Shown piece after piece: positions 51,451 through 64,000 of a stretch of DNA of 64,000 bases. Numbering within the stretch: the stretch's first letter is position 1; the number at the start of each line of letters is the position of its first letter. A program made the translations under genes and the position numbers. The stretch lies in the NCBI RefSeq assembly GCF_018350175.1, contig NC_058368.1:46192001-46256000 (forward strand), given 5' to 3'. The notes under the pieces were generated by a model that ran no database searches, was not told the DNA's origin, and saw only the letters and a list, made by a program, of their open reading frames with translations. Origin of the DNA: Felis catus. Its lineage: Eukaryota.

Positions 51451-54400
51451 TGTACCATGGACACATGACGTGTATGTGTAGCATGTGTTATGATATCAAT
51501 AATAGAACAGGTCTTAGCAGTTAAAGTGAGTTACCAGGGTCACAACATTATTGAATGGTAGTTTTGACAGTAGATTATGACTCTCATTCTACCACTGCTC
51601 TCCTAAAACTAAATCATCTAAATGTTAACTTTTAATCCTTAGAAATTAGTTATTTATAAATAAATTCTCAGAGTTAATGCTAGGGAAAATCTGTTTGGGC
51701 ATTTCTTTTGTAACTGATTACTAATTATTTTTGTAACCTGGTGGGTTTCCTTTTTCTTTTTATATTTGGGAAAACTTCATGAGAAACTGCAAAACACGAG
51801 AGCAGATGCAGGCCTAAGAAATGTCCATTGCCTAATAAAAATGCCTTTTTACCTCCCTAAAGATGATCCTGGAGGAAACCAAAGTCAATTTAATTGATTT
51901 TATCTCATTACTAAACTTTACGCGGAAAGAACCATATATTTGCATTTTGAATCTTAATCCTTATAAATTTATGCCACCCTCATTATCTGGCTTAACATTT
52001 AGCCACTCATAGCCACTTCATAAATTATCATGAGATAAAAAGATTGATGTCACGTAGGAGCAAGGCATATGGAGTCAAAAGGACTCAGATGTCCTGGTTC
52101 ACATTTTGATTCCAAGCAATCCACTTTATGTTCATGGGCCTCAGTTTTCTCAAATATAAACTGGGCTTGTAGTAAGAGAAACAAAAATAATGTATGTGAG
52201 AAAGCTGTGGCCACCCAGGCGCCCCTCGCCTGCATTTTAAAATCTCATTGTAAGACTACAAAGCAAACATTGAATTGCCTTAGACAATGTTGACTGATGT
52301 TCTTCTTTGGAATATTCTGTATCACGGTTGCTTCAAAAAGGATAAATACCATTAACGAATCAGCAATTTCCCTTCCCTTATGTATTTTTACCTTCTGGGC
52401 TCTCTCCCCCCACACTCTTCCTGAGCTCTCGTGAATATGTGCTCGTTGGCACTTGATGAGAGCTTGAATTTCATCCCTTCCAAGGCACCTCTCTTGGTCT
52501 TTGCTATGATCTCAGCTTGTGAGAGAAGAAACCTTTGCTGCAAATCCCGATCAGTCAGATTTAGAATAAAGTTGGAACTGTGGAGCTTCTGTCAGGAAAT
52601 ACTGTCAGTCTAGCAGTGTTAATAATCGCAAGTGGGTTTTAATGGACTAATTTCTTTGAACCAGTTAAAATATTTTCAAGCAATGAACCATTTCCCAAAC
52701 AATGAAACGGACTGATTTTTCTCATATGTAAGAGAAAAATCTCGCCCACTATTTCAGCCATAAAAATAATATTACCATTGAAAGAAATGATTGGGACTTT
52801 GTAAACCTTACTTTTAAAACCAAAGAGCTATATTCATTTATTCATTTACAAAATGCTTTGCCACCTTTCAGAAAGTGAAATTGGACTTCCTTTTTAAGTG
52901 TCTCTGTTGTTGAAATGATACTGGATGTTAAAAAATGTGTTTGTTTTTCAGCTGTTGTAGTCTAAAGAGATTTTTCGAATACTTCAATTATAAAAACATT
53001 TAAAACATACAAACTTGTGCAATTTTTATTTTAATGAAGATGAGAAGTTCATTAAAGAAGATAAATATTTCATTAGATGTTAAATAAAACAAAGAGATTT
53101 TTTGGCTTCTCTCAGCACAAAATTCCTTTGAAAGATTAATTAATACATGCAAATTATGCAAATTAGACCCATGCAAATATTTTATGAAGACAATTAAGGG
53201 AACCATTAATTACTGCTTTTTTTGCTTCAGTGAGATTCATTCATTTAATTTTAATTTCACTTTAACTGTTTTGATGTATAATCTTGCAGCTAAGAACTTT
53301 ATCTTTCCTGGCGGGTCACTTAAACTTATAAATTTCATCAAGTGAGTGCACAGAAATCTGTAAAGATATTCTCTAGACTATGTTTAGTATCAAGAGAAAT
53401 TTCTGACACAATGCACTCCCAGAAACAGGGAAACTGGAAGGGAATGTGAGCTCATTCTTGGACAAGGTTCAACTGCTGGAAAAGCAATTAATTTGCTTTG
53501 GCTGTGCTAATATAGGGGAATTAGAAAGTGTGACACAAGACAAATAGAAATAATTAGTTCTCCAAAATGATGTTCTCATTAATATGGTTCGAACAGTCGA
53601 AATAAAAAACATTATTGTGGCATGTCTGCATTCTGTCCCTAACCATGGGAGGTGGAATAATGCACCATAAGCATTTTTACATTTATAGTCTAAATGATGA
53701 TGTTTTATTTTTTTAAAGAAGAATTTATAGCAAAGGGTGTTATATATCTTGAATATGTAAACATACACATGCTATCAAAATTGATGACATACTTTCCATC
53801 ACCAGGTGTTTATGTACCAATTTTTTATTTTGTGCATACAAATCCTGTAATTCAGTGAATAGACTTTAAAGTGAGGGTTCTTTTCTGTAACTTAAATATT
53901 TTCAGATAACTTTCATAACTCCTGGATTATAAATAACATTTTTCAGAAAATAAAAATCTATTTATGTTCCACCTCAAACAAATTACTGTGAATATTTATT
54001 AAAGGTTCTTTTAGAACTGGGCTACTTTTACTGTGGAAGGGTAGATACAAAGAGAGGAAGCAGGCTATGTGAATATGAACCACTGGAGTTAGTCCTCATT
54101 TATTTCTAAATGGTAACCTTCTTCAGCTTTAGTAGACTTTATACACACTTTCTCTTGTAACAATTGTCAATGAGCAAGTTAATTGGATATAATGGTCATC
54201 AACTCTTTCCTTTGCTAATAAAGGCAAAAAGACTGAAAGCAAAGAACTTATGTTAAATAAATTTTTCTTAAATCTGAAGATGAGAATATTCTGTCTAAAA
54301 AATAAGATATTAATGGAATGTATTGATCATAATGAAAACCCAATTTCTTCCACTGTCTAGTATTCATAATAATAAAAAGTATCATTAATAAAAATATATA

Positions 54401-55969
54401 CAATATTAAACAGACAGAGGCTTATTTTTCTACCTATCCTCTGCCATTTCTCTCATTCCTACAGCCACTCACTGTTGGTACGGAACTACGAAAAGTTATA
54501 AGTGGACACACATCATCATCGACATTTGTTGAGCTTTCTACTATTAAATAAAAATAGTAAAGCCACAGATCTTAAAATTAAAGTTTCTTTCTTACAAAGA
54601 TAACCTCATTTCATTCATCCTGAAATTCATAAATTCCGTACTTTCTATTGCTTAGTCCACACAGATGTATGTTATGCCTTCTAAATTAGGATCATTTGTG
54701 AATTTCATTGATATACTCTGTTTAACCACTGTTCCATATCACTAATTATGATGTTAAATCAAAATGGATCTAGCATTGATCTTTTGGGCTCCCTGCTAAT
54801 ATCTTTCTCAATTTCCATTTATCACTGTTCTTTGATTATGGTCTTCAGACAGTATTCAAGGCAAGCCACAAACACATTCATGAAAAAGCCAATTTAACTC
54901 AGTTGTACTAGGCTAACCAAACACTATATTTTCTGTAAATAATTGGTCTGTTTCAATACTTAATTACAATTTAGTTGTAAAATGTCCTTTTTTTTTACCC
55001 TCTTTAAACCTCCAATTCTAATTAATTATTCCTGATATTCCCTATATCCCCTGAATTCTCATAGAAGCTACCATCTATTATACTACATTTACCAGGAAAA
55101 ATTATGTCAACTATATTACAAACCAAGTCCAATCATTTTGCTTTAATTTAATCTGCATAATATTTGGGCAATGGAGTAAGATTTGAAATCACAAAACAAA
55201 CACAGTTCAACACAAACATAATAATTAGAATCATGCTTTTACCCATAAGAACGAAGAGTTTAGAAAGCTAGGTCTATGGAAATAATATGTTGAAAATCCT
55301 TTTATGTAAGTAATAATTATAATGAACTATACCTTATTACTATTTTCAGCAACTTCATACTTAACTTCCCACTATGTCTCATTTCATGTATAGTTAGTTT
55401 ATATTATTTAAGAAGCCATTACCAACAAAAACCGATAAAAGGCTTTCAGCATTTGGTGTTTAAACATAGCCCCCTGTGTTCAAAAACAAGATTTACTTTT
55501 TATACTTCTTAAAAGAATAAAAATGCTTCTACTGAAATTATAAGAAAACATTATCCTAAAATTTTATAAAATATCCCAATTCATGAATATCTCTGACACT
55601 TTCTATTTAATAACAATAACTCTGTCTAGTTAAATGAGTAGTTAACAATGACCTATGATAACTATGGAACAATAGTCTGTTTATTGGTTACAGCCTGCAA
55701 TCAATATCAACTTTTGTTCAACTTAATCAATGCTGTCTCAAATTGATTAGCTGCATTGAAATGCTGCCAAACACCAGAAACCAGTGCCAAGAGACTAGAA
55801 GTAAATTTATTATTGTTTTCTGTTGTTCATAGTAATATAATTCTAATATTTATTTTTTAAGATCAAGAAAAATAGATGGAGGTAATCCTGATAGTGATTA
55901 CATTATTTGTAAGTGCCTCAACAATAGTCAATATGCCATGCGAACAGCAGAGTTTTGATGAACTTTCTC

Positions 55970-56210
55970 TTTTCCCCCCTTTTTCTTTTCATTCTTTTCT
56001 TTTTTCTTTTGTTTTCTTTTCCTTCCTTCCTTCCTTCCTCCCTCCCTCCCTCCCTCCCTCCCTCCCTCCCTTCCTCCCTTCCTCCCTTCCTCCCTTCCTC
56101 CCTTCCTCCCTTCCTCCCTTCCTCCCTTCCTTCCTTCCTTCCTTCCTTTCTTCCCTTTCCTTTCTTTTCCTTTCCTTTTTCCTTCCCTTCCCTTCATTCT
56201 TCTTTCTTTT
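55970..56210. repeat. Compound (CCTT)n/(CCCT)n polypyrimidine tract
   Basis: About 240 bp of near-pure C/T on the plus strand. Confidence 0.95.
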
Positions 56211-57426
56211 TATGAAACCTTCCTCTGCCCTCTTTTAAGTTAAATAAAAACATCTTTAAATATGAAAAATTAGATTCCAAGAGCAATAATATTCTTATAA
56301 ATTTCTACAAACACTCTACTGTGGAACAAAATCATTATATTATAAAGAACAATTTTCTGAAAAAAGAAAAGTAAATTACGTAACAGAGTAATAATAGCTT
56401 CAGTGTTTATCAGCTAGTTGCTAGGCACTATAAATATGTTAAATCATAATAATAAAATTCAATGTTAACAGTTAAGACTTAACTGTATGCATACCCTTGC
56501 CCAGTATATGCTGAGTGCTTTACATAGATTATTTTATTTAATCCTTCTAAGCATCCTTCTGAGGTTAAGCAATTACTAAAGGAAAAAACAAAATAGTGAG
56601 GTAGAGATTTGAATCTCATTCTCACTCCTAGCATTTCCTAATCGCTAGTTCTGTAGAGGTGCCTAGAAAGCCTGCACTCCTAAGTTAAACTTAAGGGTCT
56701 TTTTTTTAAGTATTAAAAATAGAAATGTGCATAAGAAAATTATATGAAATTAAATTTAAACAATACTTTCAAAAAGATTTTAGAAGTCCTAAGTTTAAGT
56801 AACTTTCAGTTAGGACCATTGGAGTGCAAAAGTCTTGGAATACCATTTAGTAACTCTGTTCAAACACATACAGCGAAAGGAAATGAACAGGTTCTCCAAA
56901 TGTCTTATATTAAATCACAATTGGATTTGTGTCTGATTTTAAATTGATCTTAAGCTCATTGCATGCTATGTGGCAGGGATGTAGACAAATCTTTTATCTA
57001 AATATGATTAATTTCTTAGTATCTTATATTGCCTCTTTGCTTTCTTCACTTAGAGTGAGTTTTCCCCAGGGTGTCTGGAAGTGTCTATAAACATGGTATA
57101 GGCATAATGATGGATTAAAACTTAAAAAGCTGGAAAATAAACTTTTTTTTTCCTAATCGTGTATCATTCTCTAGTAGCTGTCAGTAGACTATTTTGAACT
57201 TCTTAAGCCATTAGCAGACAATGTGCTAACTATTCAAATTGGGTCACAGGACTGCAAATGTTATCCTGGAAGAGAGAGAAGTGAGTTCAGACAGCAAGAC
57301 ATGGAGGACAGAACAAGGACTTTGGGGTCATAAACATGGATTCACATGTCTGTGACCTCACTAATTCATAGTGCAAATGTGAGAATGTTAATTAGCCACT
57401 ATGAACTTTAGTTATCTCACCTCTAA

Positions 57427-57589
57427 TGTTTACTTATTTATTTTGAGAGAGGGGGACAGTGTGAGTGAGGGAGGGGCAGAGAGAGAGGGACAGAGCTCCA
57501 CATGGGAGTCCATCTCAGGAATCCTGAGATCATGACTGGAGCCAAAATCAAGAGTGGGACACTTACTGACTGAGCCTCCGAGGCACCCC
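57427..57589 (-). mobile_element. CanSINE nested in a MIR (~57310-57650)
   Basis: TSD ttatctca(c/t)ct(c/t)taa, with MIR-like flanks. Confidence 0.8.
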
Positions 57590-58830
57590 ACTTATCTCAT
57601 CTTTAAATTAGAATATATAGAAAGACTCAATAAATATTAGCTTCCATCCACGTCATTATTTTAATAAGCAAATACTTCCACTTACTATATAATATCCCTA
57701 AGTCTAAACGAAAGAACATGCATTACTAGGAAATTCATTGAGTGTTAAAACATTTGATTCAATTAAAAAATTTTTGATAAAAGATACAAATTCTACTCAT
57801 AAGAAAGATATGCATTATGATGCTTTGTAACTGTAAGTTGCTAAACAAATAATAATAATCATCATATATTTTAAAAGAGCAACAAAAGCACATTTTAGCA
57901 ATCCTAACCTAAAACAATCAGGATGTGAAAAGCAACTGTACTGAGTTATATTCCCAACTCTGATTAACTCATGTTATAACCTGTAACAAGTATGTGCTCT
58001 CCCTAAGTCTCACTCTCCTTGTCTGCAAAATAAAGAGATTTAATTGATCTTTAAAGTCCGTTGCTAGAGCTAAGGCAATAAGCTCATGTAAATGTGCTTG
58101 GCATATCAGCCTTATTCCATAAATATTTGTTGAATAAATAAATAATTTTTAAATTATCTTCAAATATCTAGGAAGCAGAAAGGAGATATTTTTTTTAATT
58201 GGAAAAAAAAAGATTGTTAATGTGAAGGCCGGTCTTTTATGTCCTTTTATTGGAAGAATATTTGGTTTGCTATGATCTGAGATCAGTCAAAAAAAAAAAA
58301 GAATAAAAAGCCAAACAGTTTTGATTATGGCCATTGGATGTAAATAAAAGAGATGTACTTTCAAGTGAAGTCAAGATTTTGCAAGCATATATTCTAAGAC
58401 ATCAGAGGAACGAAGGTCCACATTTCCATTGATTTTTACCAATTCATTTTTGGTTTACAAAGACAGGTTTTCTTAAATAAAAGAAGCCAAAGCTATTTGG
58501 AAAGTGAACCTTTCAGACTCTGGGAATGTATAAAAGACACAGGTAAAACAGCACTAATCCGTGATTCTAGAATGTTATAGTTTCTGTCTATATATTGATA
58601 ACCTAAATAATTTATAGAGAAGATTTAATCATGTAAAATTATAAGAAGCATAAGGTTAATGTATATTAAACAAAAGATAAAAGTATTATTTTAAAAATGT
58701 GACTCTAGCATGTTAAATTAAATATAAATTTAAAATGGAAAAAAATGAGTGTAAGTGAATCTTCACAGAATCCAAATCTTCAGTCAAGTGTGCAAATAAG
58801 AAAGTAACATTACACATACAAGAAGCACAA

Positions 58831-58869
58831 ACATACATACATACATACATACATACATACATACATACA
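58831..58869. repeat. (CATA)n tetranucleotide microsatellite
   Basis: Perfect run, flanked by duplicated catacaagaagca. Confidence 0.9.
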
Positions 58870-61800
58870 AGAAGCATAAACACATCTTGTTAACTCAGCT
58901 ATCAGGTATGAAAATTAATTCTGCCAGAATCTGTAATTCTGACTTTCCTACTTTGAATTATACTATCCTTCATTTCCTCGCATCAGTCTCTCCAACCAAT
59001 GTCTGAAAAATGTCAGACATAATAGACATATTATAGACATGTCAGAATAATAAGGACCCTTGGCATCTACAAAATCAAACAGGTCCTAAGTCATCAGTGG
59101 TTGATACATTCCTTCACGATATAGCAAACATTCAACACTGTGAACATGGCACAAACATCTGATATACTCAGATATATATGTCAAGCATACAGGCACTAGG
59201 GGCACATTAGTCACCAAAATAGGCATTGTTCACATTCTGTTCAGCTACCTTCCAGAGAGTGAAGAAGACCTTGAAGGAAGAACTACAAATGCACAGCAGG
59301 TTATTGTGGAGAAGAGAAAAGTAGGATAAGAATCTCAAAGAAGAGAAATTAGACGCCGGGGCCAGGAGGTGCTGCAGGGGTGGTGGTGGAGTCTGGGCAG
59401 GATTCCTGGAAGCTGCCACTTCTATAATGAGACTTCAAGGATAGGTAGTGCAAAGAGGAAGGAAACATGTCCCTGATAGGTGAAGAAAGATTTGGGACTT
59501 TCAGGAAATCGGAAAAACATGGGAGGATTCGAGGACGAGGGGAAAGAGTTATATCCAGTTTGGTGGGTGAGGGAGGGAAATGTGTGCTCTGCTCTTCCCT
59601 TACTATAAACTAAGGAGGATTCTGCATCGGACAGGCGAGGGCTTGGGTTCCCTAGGGAAGGAACACTGGATGGAGACAGGTTTGCAAGGGGTCACAATCC
59701 TTCAGGTTTTGTGCACTGGACCTTGAGGCCTCTGTCAGAACTTGGGGCAAATAAAAGTTGGATATTACCTGGAGCACTTAAGAGGTGTCTGAATGGGCTG
59801 GAGAGATATATTTTATCAATGGTCAAAACACATATGTTAAACCATTTAAGTGGGTGCCATTGCCTATAAAGAGAGATTAAAAAGAATTTAGCTGGAGAAA
59901 GCCATCATATTATAGATTTGGCTGCACACAGTGTGGGGATGGGTGGGGGCAGAAAGGGTTTTGGTGGATATTTATTAACTAGTCCAAAAAAGTGTTCAGT
60001 GAGTATTTATATGAACTTTGTCGATTCTGTATATTCAAAAGATCTTACAAAAAGCTTTAAAGTAAGATAAAATTTTCCAACACAAATCATGACATATAAA
60101 TCTGTAAGACTCAAGGCATGAGAGTTAATCACCATATAATTCAGCTCCTGAAACAAGTTGTTTTTTAAATTTTTTGATGTTCATTCTCTATCCATAATAT
60201 CTCCACTAAACTCATGAATTTTGAGTTGCTTATGAAAAACACCAGCAATGAAGAATTTATCCCTGTGTAGCATGAGATGATTTACTTTACATATCACAAC
60301 TAAGTAAATTACTTAGGGTCTCTTTGCTCAGGAATATCTTCCAAACATCTTTCTGGTTTCCTCCTCCCCTCTCGTTTATAGTTTTACAGAAATGGTGGTA
60401 CTAAATGCCAATGAGGCAAGATTTAGTCTAATCCGAGGTGCTTATTTGGAGGTAATTACCTGGCACTTGAGCGGTATTTAAGTGCCCAACTGCTAGGTGA
60501 CTAACTCTTGGGCCAAGCATGGCATTTCTTTATTGCCAGAATGTTAAAAATAAATACATGAGAAGCATAGAGAAATGTGGGTTTCCTTTGTCTTTCCTAA
60601 TTAAGTTGAGTTTATTTTGGAACAGAGAATAATTTCACTTATGGTTGAACCAGGAGCAAGAAAGAATACAAAGAGTATTATAACACCTGGGCTTGGGGAC
60701 ACCAAGAAAGAGAAAGGCAAATGGAGTAAGAGACTAAGTTCGTGTCATTCTTATATTGTGAAGCACCAAGTGCTCACGGCACCCCAAAAGCATGACACAG
60801 ACCATTTCACAAACTAGCAATGGGTTCCAATTCTTTCTTTGCATTTCCTGTCGTTGTGCTTAGACTCAGAATTTAACTCAATGTTTTTTTATATTTGATT
60901 TCTTCTGTTCACAGTTCATTTTGTTCTGTGTTCCTACCATATTAATCTAGTCTAAGGTGTTTTTTTTTTGTTTTTGTTTTTTAAAAAAGCTTCAAAGGGC
61001 TAAATGAGCTTATTTAGTGGGATTAGAGTAGCAAAAGATGATCTCTTTGCTCTGCATGGTATTTTAAATATCTTGGGTGGTACAACTGCTGTTGAAATAC
61101 CTTTTTAGCAATTAAAATATAAAAATACAGATTCATCTATAATTTTTTATTACATTTGAGAAAAAATCATATTATCTAATTAAAACCATGAATATTAGGT
61201 GTTTTGTTGAAAATGAATCGTGCTTTTGAACAGTATAATAAAACTATTAAATCTAAGGATAAGTATGATAAAAGTAGAGTATTATTGATTATTCACATTA
61301 GAATTCAGGAGCACATATTTTTAATTGACCAGCTGAATGAATGAATGAGATGATTAAGATTTTATATTACAACTAAAGCAAAGCATTAAATAACTCCATA
61401 ATCATTTATATTTGGCTTTATATTACTATGTATAATTGTCCTTCAAGTGTTTTATTGCCTTAATTATAAAGTTGTTTGAGCAGGTTTTCTTTGTTACTCA
61501 ACTGAGAGCATTCTGGATAGCAAAAAGAAGGCAATTTATAATTTAAAATTTACTCAGAATAAGCAAATCACAATAGAAATTGAAAGTAGTCAATACTTCA
61601 ACCTTATACAGCAAGACTTTATCCATGTTAAAGTGTATATTTGAATATATGTGAATTTTACAAATTCAAATTAATAGAATTATAGCCTAATTGATGACCA
61701 AAATATTACTTGTAGAAAATTCCTGGAATAAACATTGTGTCAGCCACGCAAAATGTTTAATCACTGCCTAATTGTTTCTTAACATTGACAACATATCTTC

Positions 61801-62122
61801 CATTAATGTGCAGGAATATATTCTATCATTTTTCTTGGATTGAGTTTGACAACTTTGAGGATTCTTTAGATACCAGATAATTTATATATCACATCTACCT
61901 GGAGACTCATGTGCTTTCTCAGACCACTTTGTCCATTAGCTAAGTTAGGACATGAGTGGTCTGTGAACACACAAATTAGGGCTGATATTTACATTGACCT
62001 TATTGAAGTTATCATTCCTGATAAAGAGGACTGGCTTTGATATTACTCATTGGTTAATATGTGTATGCAATTTTTAAGAGAGCTGCAACAGAAATCTTAT
62101 GATTTTAATAAGATTATATGCA

Positions 62123-62342
62123 GGGGCGCCTGGGTGGCGCAGTCGGTTAAGCGTCCGACTTCAGCCAGGTCACGATCTTGCAGTCCGTGAGTTCGAGCCC
62201 CGCATCAGGCTCTGGGCTGATGGCTCAGAGCCTGGAGCCTGTTTCCGATTCTGTGTCTCCCTCTCTCTCTGCCCCTCCCCCGTTCATGCTCTGTCTCTCT
62301 CTGTCCCAAAAATAAATAAACGTTGAAAAAAAATTAAAAAAA
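62123..62342 (+). mobile_element. Young felid CanSINE (SINEC_Fc type)
   Basis: Intact CpG-rich body and perfect 16-bp TSD aataagattatatgca (62107-62122, 62343-62358). Confidence 0.95.
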
Positions 62343-63508
62343 AATAAGATTATATGCATATACATGCACATAATTTTGCTGATATCCATAATGCTCTAAA
62401 AAATAAGACTTTCTTAAATGTACAATTGCATTAATCTTATATATACAAGGAGATATCTTGCAATAACATATGGTTCGATCCTCAGGATTTAAAATAATAA
62501 TTATCATGGTTTTTGGTAAAACAAACATAGGCCAAAATATTCTTCAGGAATGCTTCTTCAAGTTTCTGATTTTTACTTACTGCATATCTGATACTTTACA
62601 AAAGTATATTTCCTTTACTCTAAACCGAAAATGGCACATTTGTAGCTGATTAAGTAGCACAATTAATGTCACACAATATCCCCAAAATGATTGAGCTTAA
62701 AATGCAAAATAAAAGCAATTGGGAGGATTATAGCAGTTAATCATTTTAGGCTTCCCTTTGAAGAACCATCTTCATTTAAAATAGAAAACAAATATTCTTT
62801 TTACTGTTTAGTATTCATGTTGTTAGACTGAGTTTATTGCCTAGAATAGATGTTAGACTATAAATGTTACCTTCAGATTTTGTTCTTTCCTAATAGTGTG
62901 GTCTCGGCAATATACATATTTAGCTCTTCTGAGTGTTTAATACAACTCCCTTTAGTATTCTATATATGATTTTGCTCAGCATATTTGTGTTATTAAAATG
63001 TATATAATGGCATACAGAACATTCAGGAAATCCACAGAGGACTAAACAATCTTATTTATTGTTAACATTCAACCAGTCTATTTTGCATGTACCTTGCCGT
63101 ATCTGTCACAAAAAAGAGAAGGAGAAATTTTCAAATTTAAGAACTACCTATTTGATTAACCCATGCTTTTATTCACAGAGTATAGAAATTATAAGCCTTT
63201 CCTGCATGAGATTGGCTTCAAGCATTCAATAAAACACATTTACTATGTCCAAGATTAAATCATACATTGTTTAAAATTAATTATTCCTTTTTAATTGCAT
63301 TGTATAAACAGAAATGACCTGTTAATTTAAAGAAAATCTATCAGCACAAAATGAATTCACTCATATAAACAAGCAAGATGAACTTGACCTTGTTTGAACT
63401 TGTTTTGATGTGGCCCAGATGGTAGGCTACATGCTTGAATAGCAGGCTAAAGCTGAGGAAAAACTCATATAGCAAGATCTAGATTTATAGCCTTTTGCAA
63501 ATTCCTAC

Positions 63509-63577
63509 CTTGTATTGTCCTCTCAGCATCTGTTCTGCTGCCACTGCGGTCAGCCTCTATCTCTGGGGTCAGAGAGT
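63509..63577 (-). CDS. DACH1: DACH1 penultimate coding exon (69 bp, phase 1/1)
   Basis: Minus strand reads ctttctgtgcttttag|ACTCTCTGACCCCAGAG...ACAATACAAG|gtagga. It translates (D)SLTPEIEADRSGSRTDAERTIQ(D), matching the DACH1 C-terminal region, and joins in frame to the exon at 30077. Confidence 0.96.
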
Positions 63578-64000
63578 CTAAAAGCACAGAAAGGTAAGAG
63601 TGACACATATTTCATTTGATTCTATTGTCCTTTAAAAAAAGAGCAACCTGTTACTTTGGTGCTGAATTAAAATTACATAAATCTGTGTCATCTTGTAACG
63701 GTTGAACAAAGACCATAACCATAAGAATCATCGAAATATTTGAATAGATAAATAAGTACCGCAAAATTGTTCATAACAGGGGATAGGGAGTGGGAAGTGC
63801 TCAGATTAATATTTTAGCCTATTTCAGTAGAGACAGGTTTGGCTAAACAGAAAAGCAAGGTCAGGTCCCAGATACTGAAGTTAAGTAACAAGACAGTGAA
63901 GGCACCTATGAAATAAAGCATTTCTCCAACACATGTGACTACTTCCCACCAGGCTCTCAGCTACAAGCACAGTTTACGGAAGCACTAGACATAGAAAAAT

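Larger units (their letters stand above)
30078..63508 (-). other. DACH1: DACH1 last intron (~33.4 kb, GT-AG)
   Basis: Bounded by the donor gtagga at 63508 and the acceptor tttttag at 30078, with compatible phase. Confidence 0.92.

Noticed and set aside
55876..56238. 120-aa ORF and its antisense partner
   Set aside because: Artefacts of the low-complexity CCTT tract.

Overview
AT-rich mammalian genomic DNA from a felid, judged by the many cat-type CanSINE (SINEC_Fc) and carnivore L1 3' ends. It is not prokaryotic: no operons, CRISPR arrays or rRNA/tRNA genes. It holds the 3' end of DACH1 (dachshund homolog 1) on the minus strand: a 69-bp coding exon (63509-63577, SLTPEIEADRSGSRTDAERTIQ), a ~33.4-kb last intron, and a terminal exon (30077 to ~27310) encoding (D)GRLYLKTTVMY* plus a ~2.7-kb 3'UTR. 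The first ~27 kb is repeat-rich downstream DNA. The most notable items are: (1) a decayed endogenous retrovirus joining a class III (ERV-L/S-like) pol to a gamma-type env TM, whose 3' LTR is unexpectedly CpG-rich; (2) two candidate alternative DACH1 C-terminal exons in the last intron (...TIQDYLLL* and ...TIQESI*); (3) dense POU/SOX/TCF and SOX/ONECUT motif clusters that look like intronic enhancers; (4) retrotransposition and repair scars (48-bp templated copy, L1 5' inversion, probable L1 3' transduction, tailless L1 fragment). Repeat family names come from remembered consensus sequences, not from a search.
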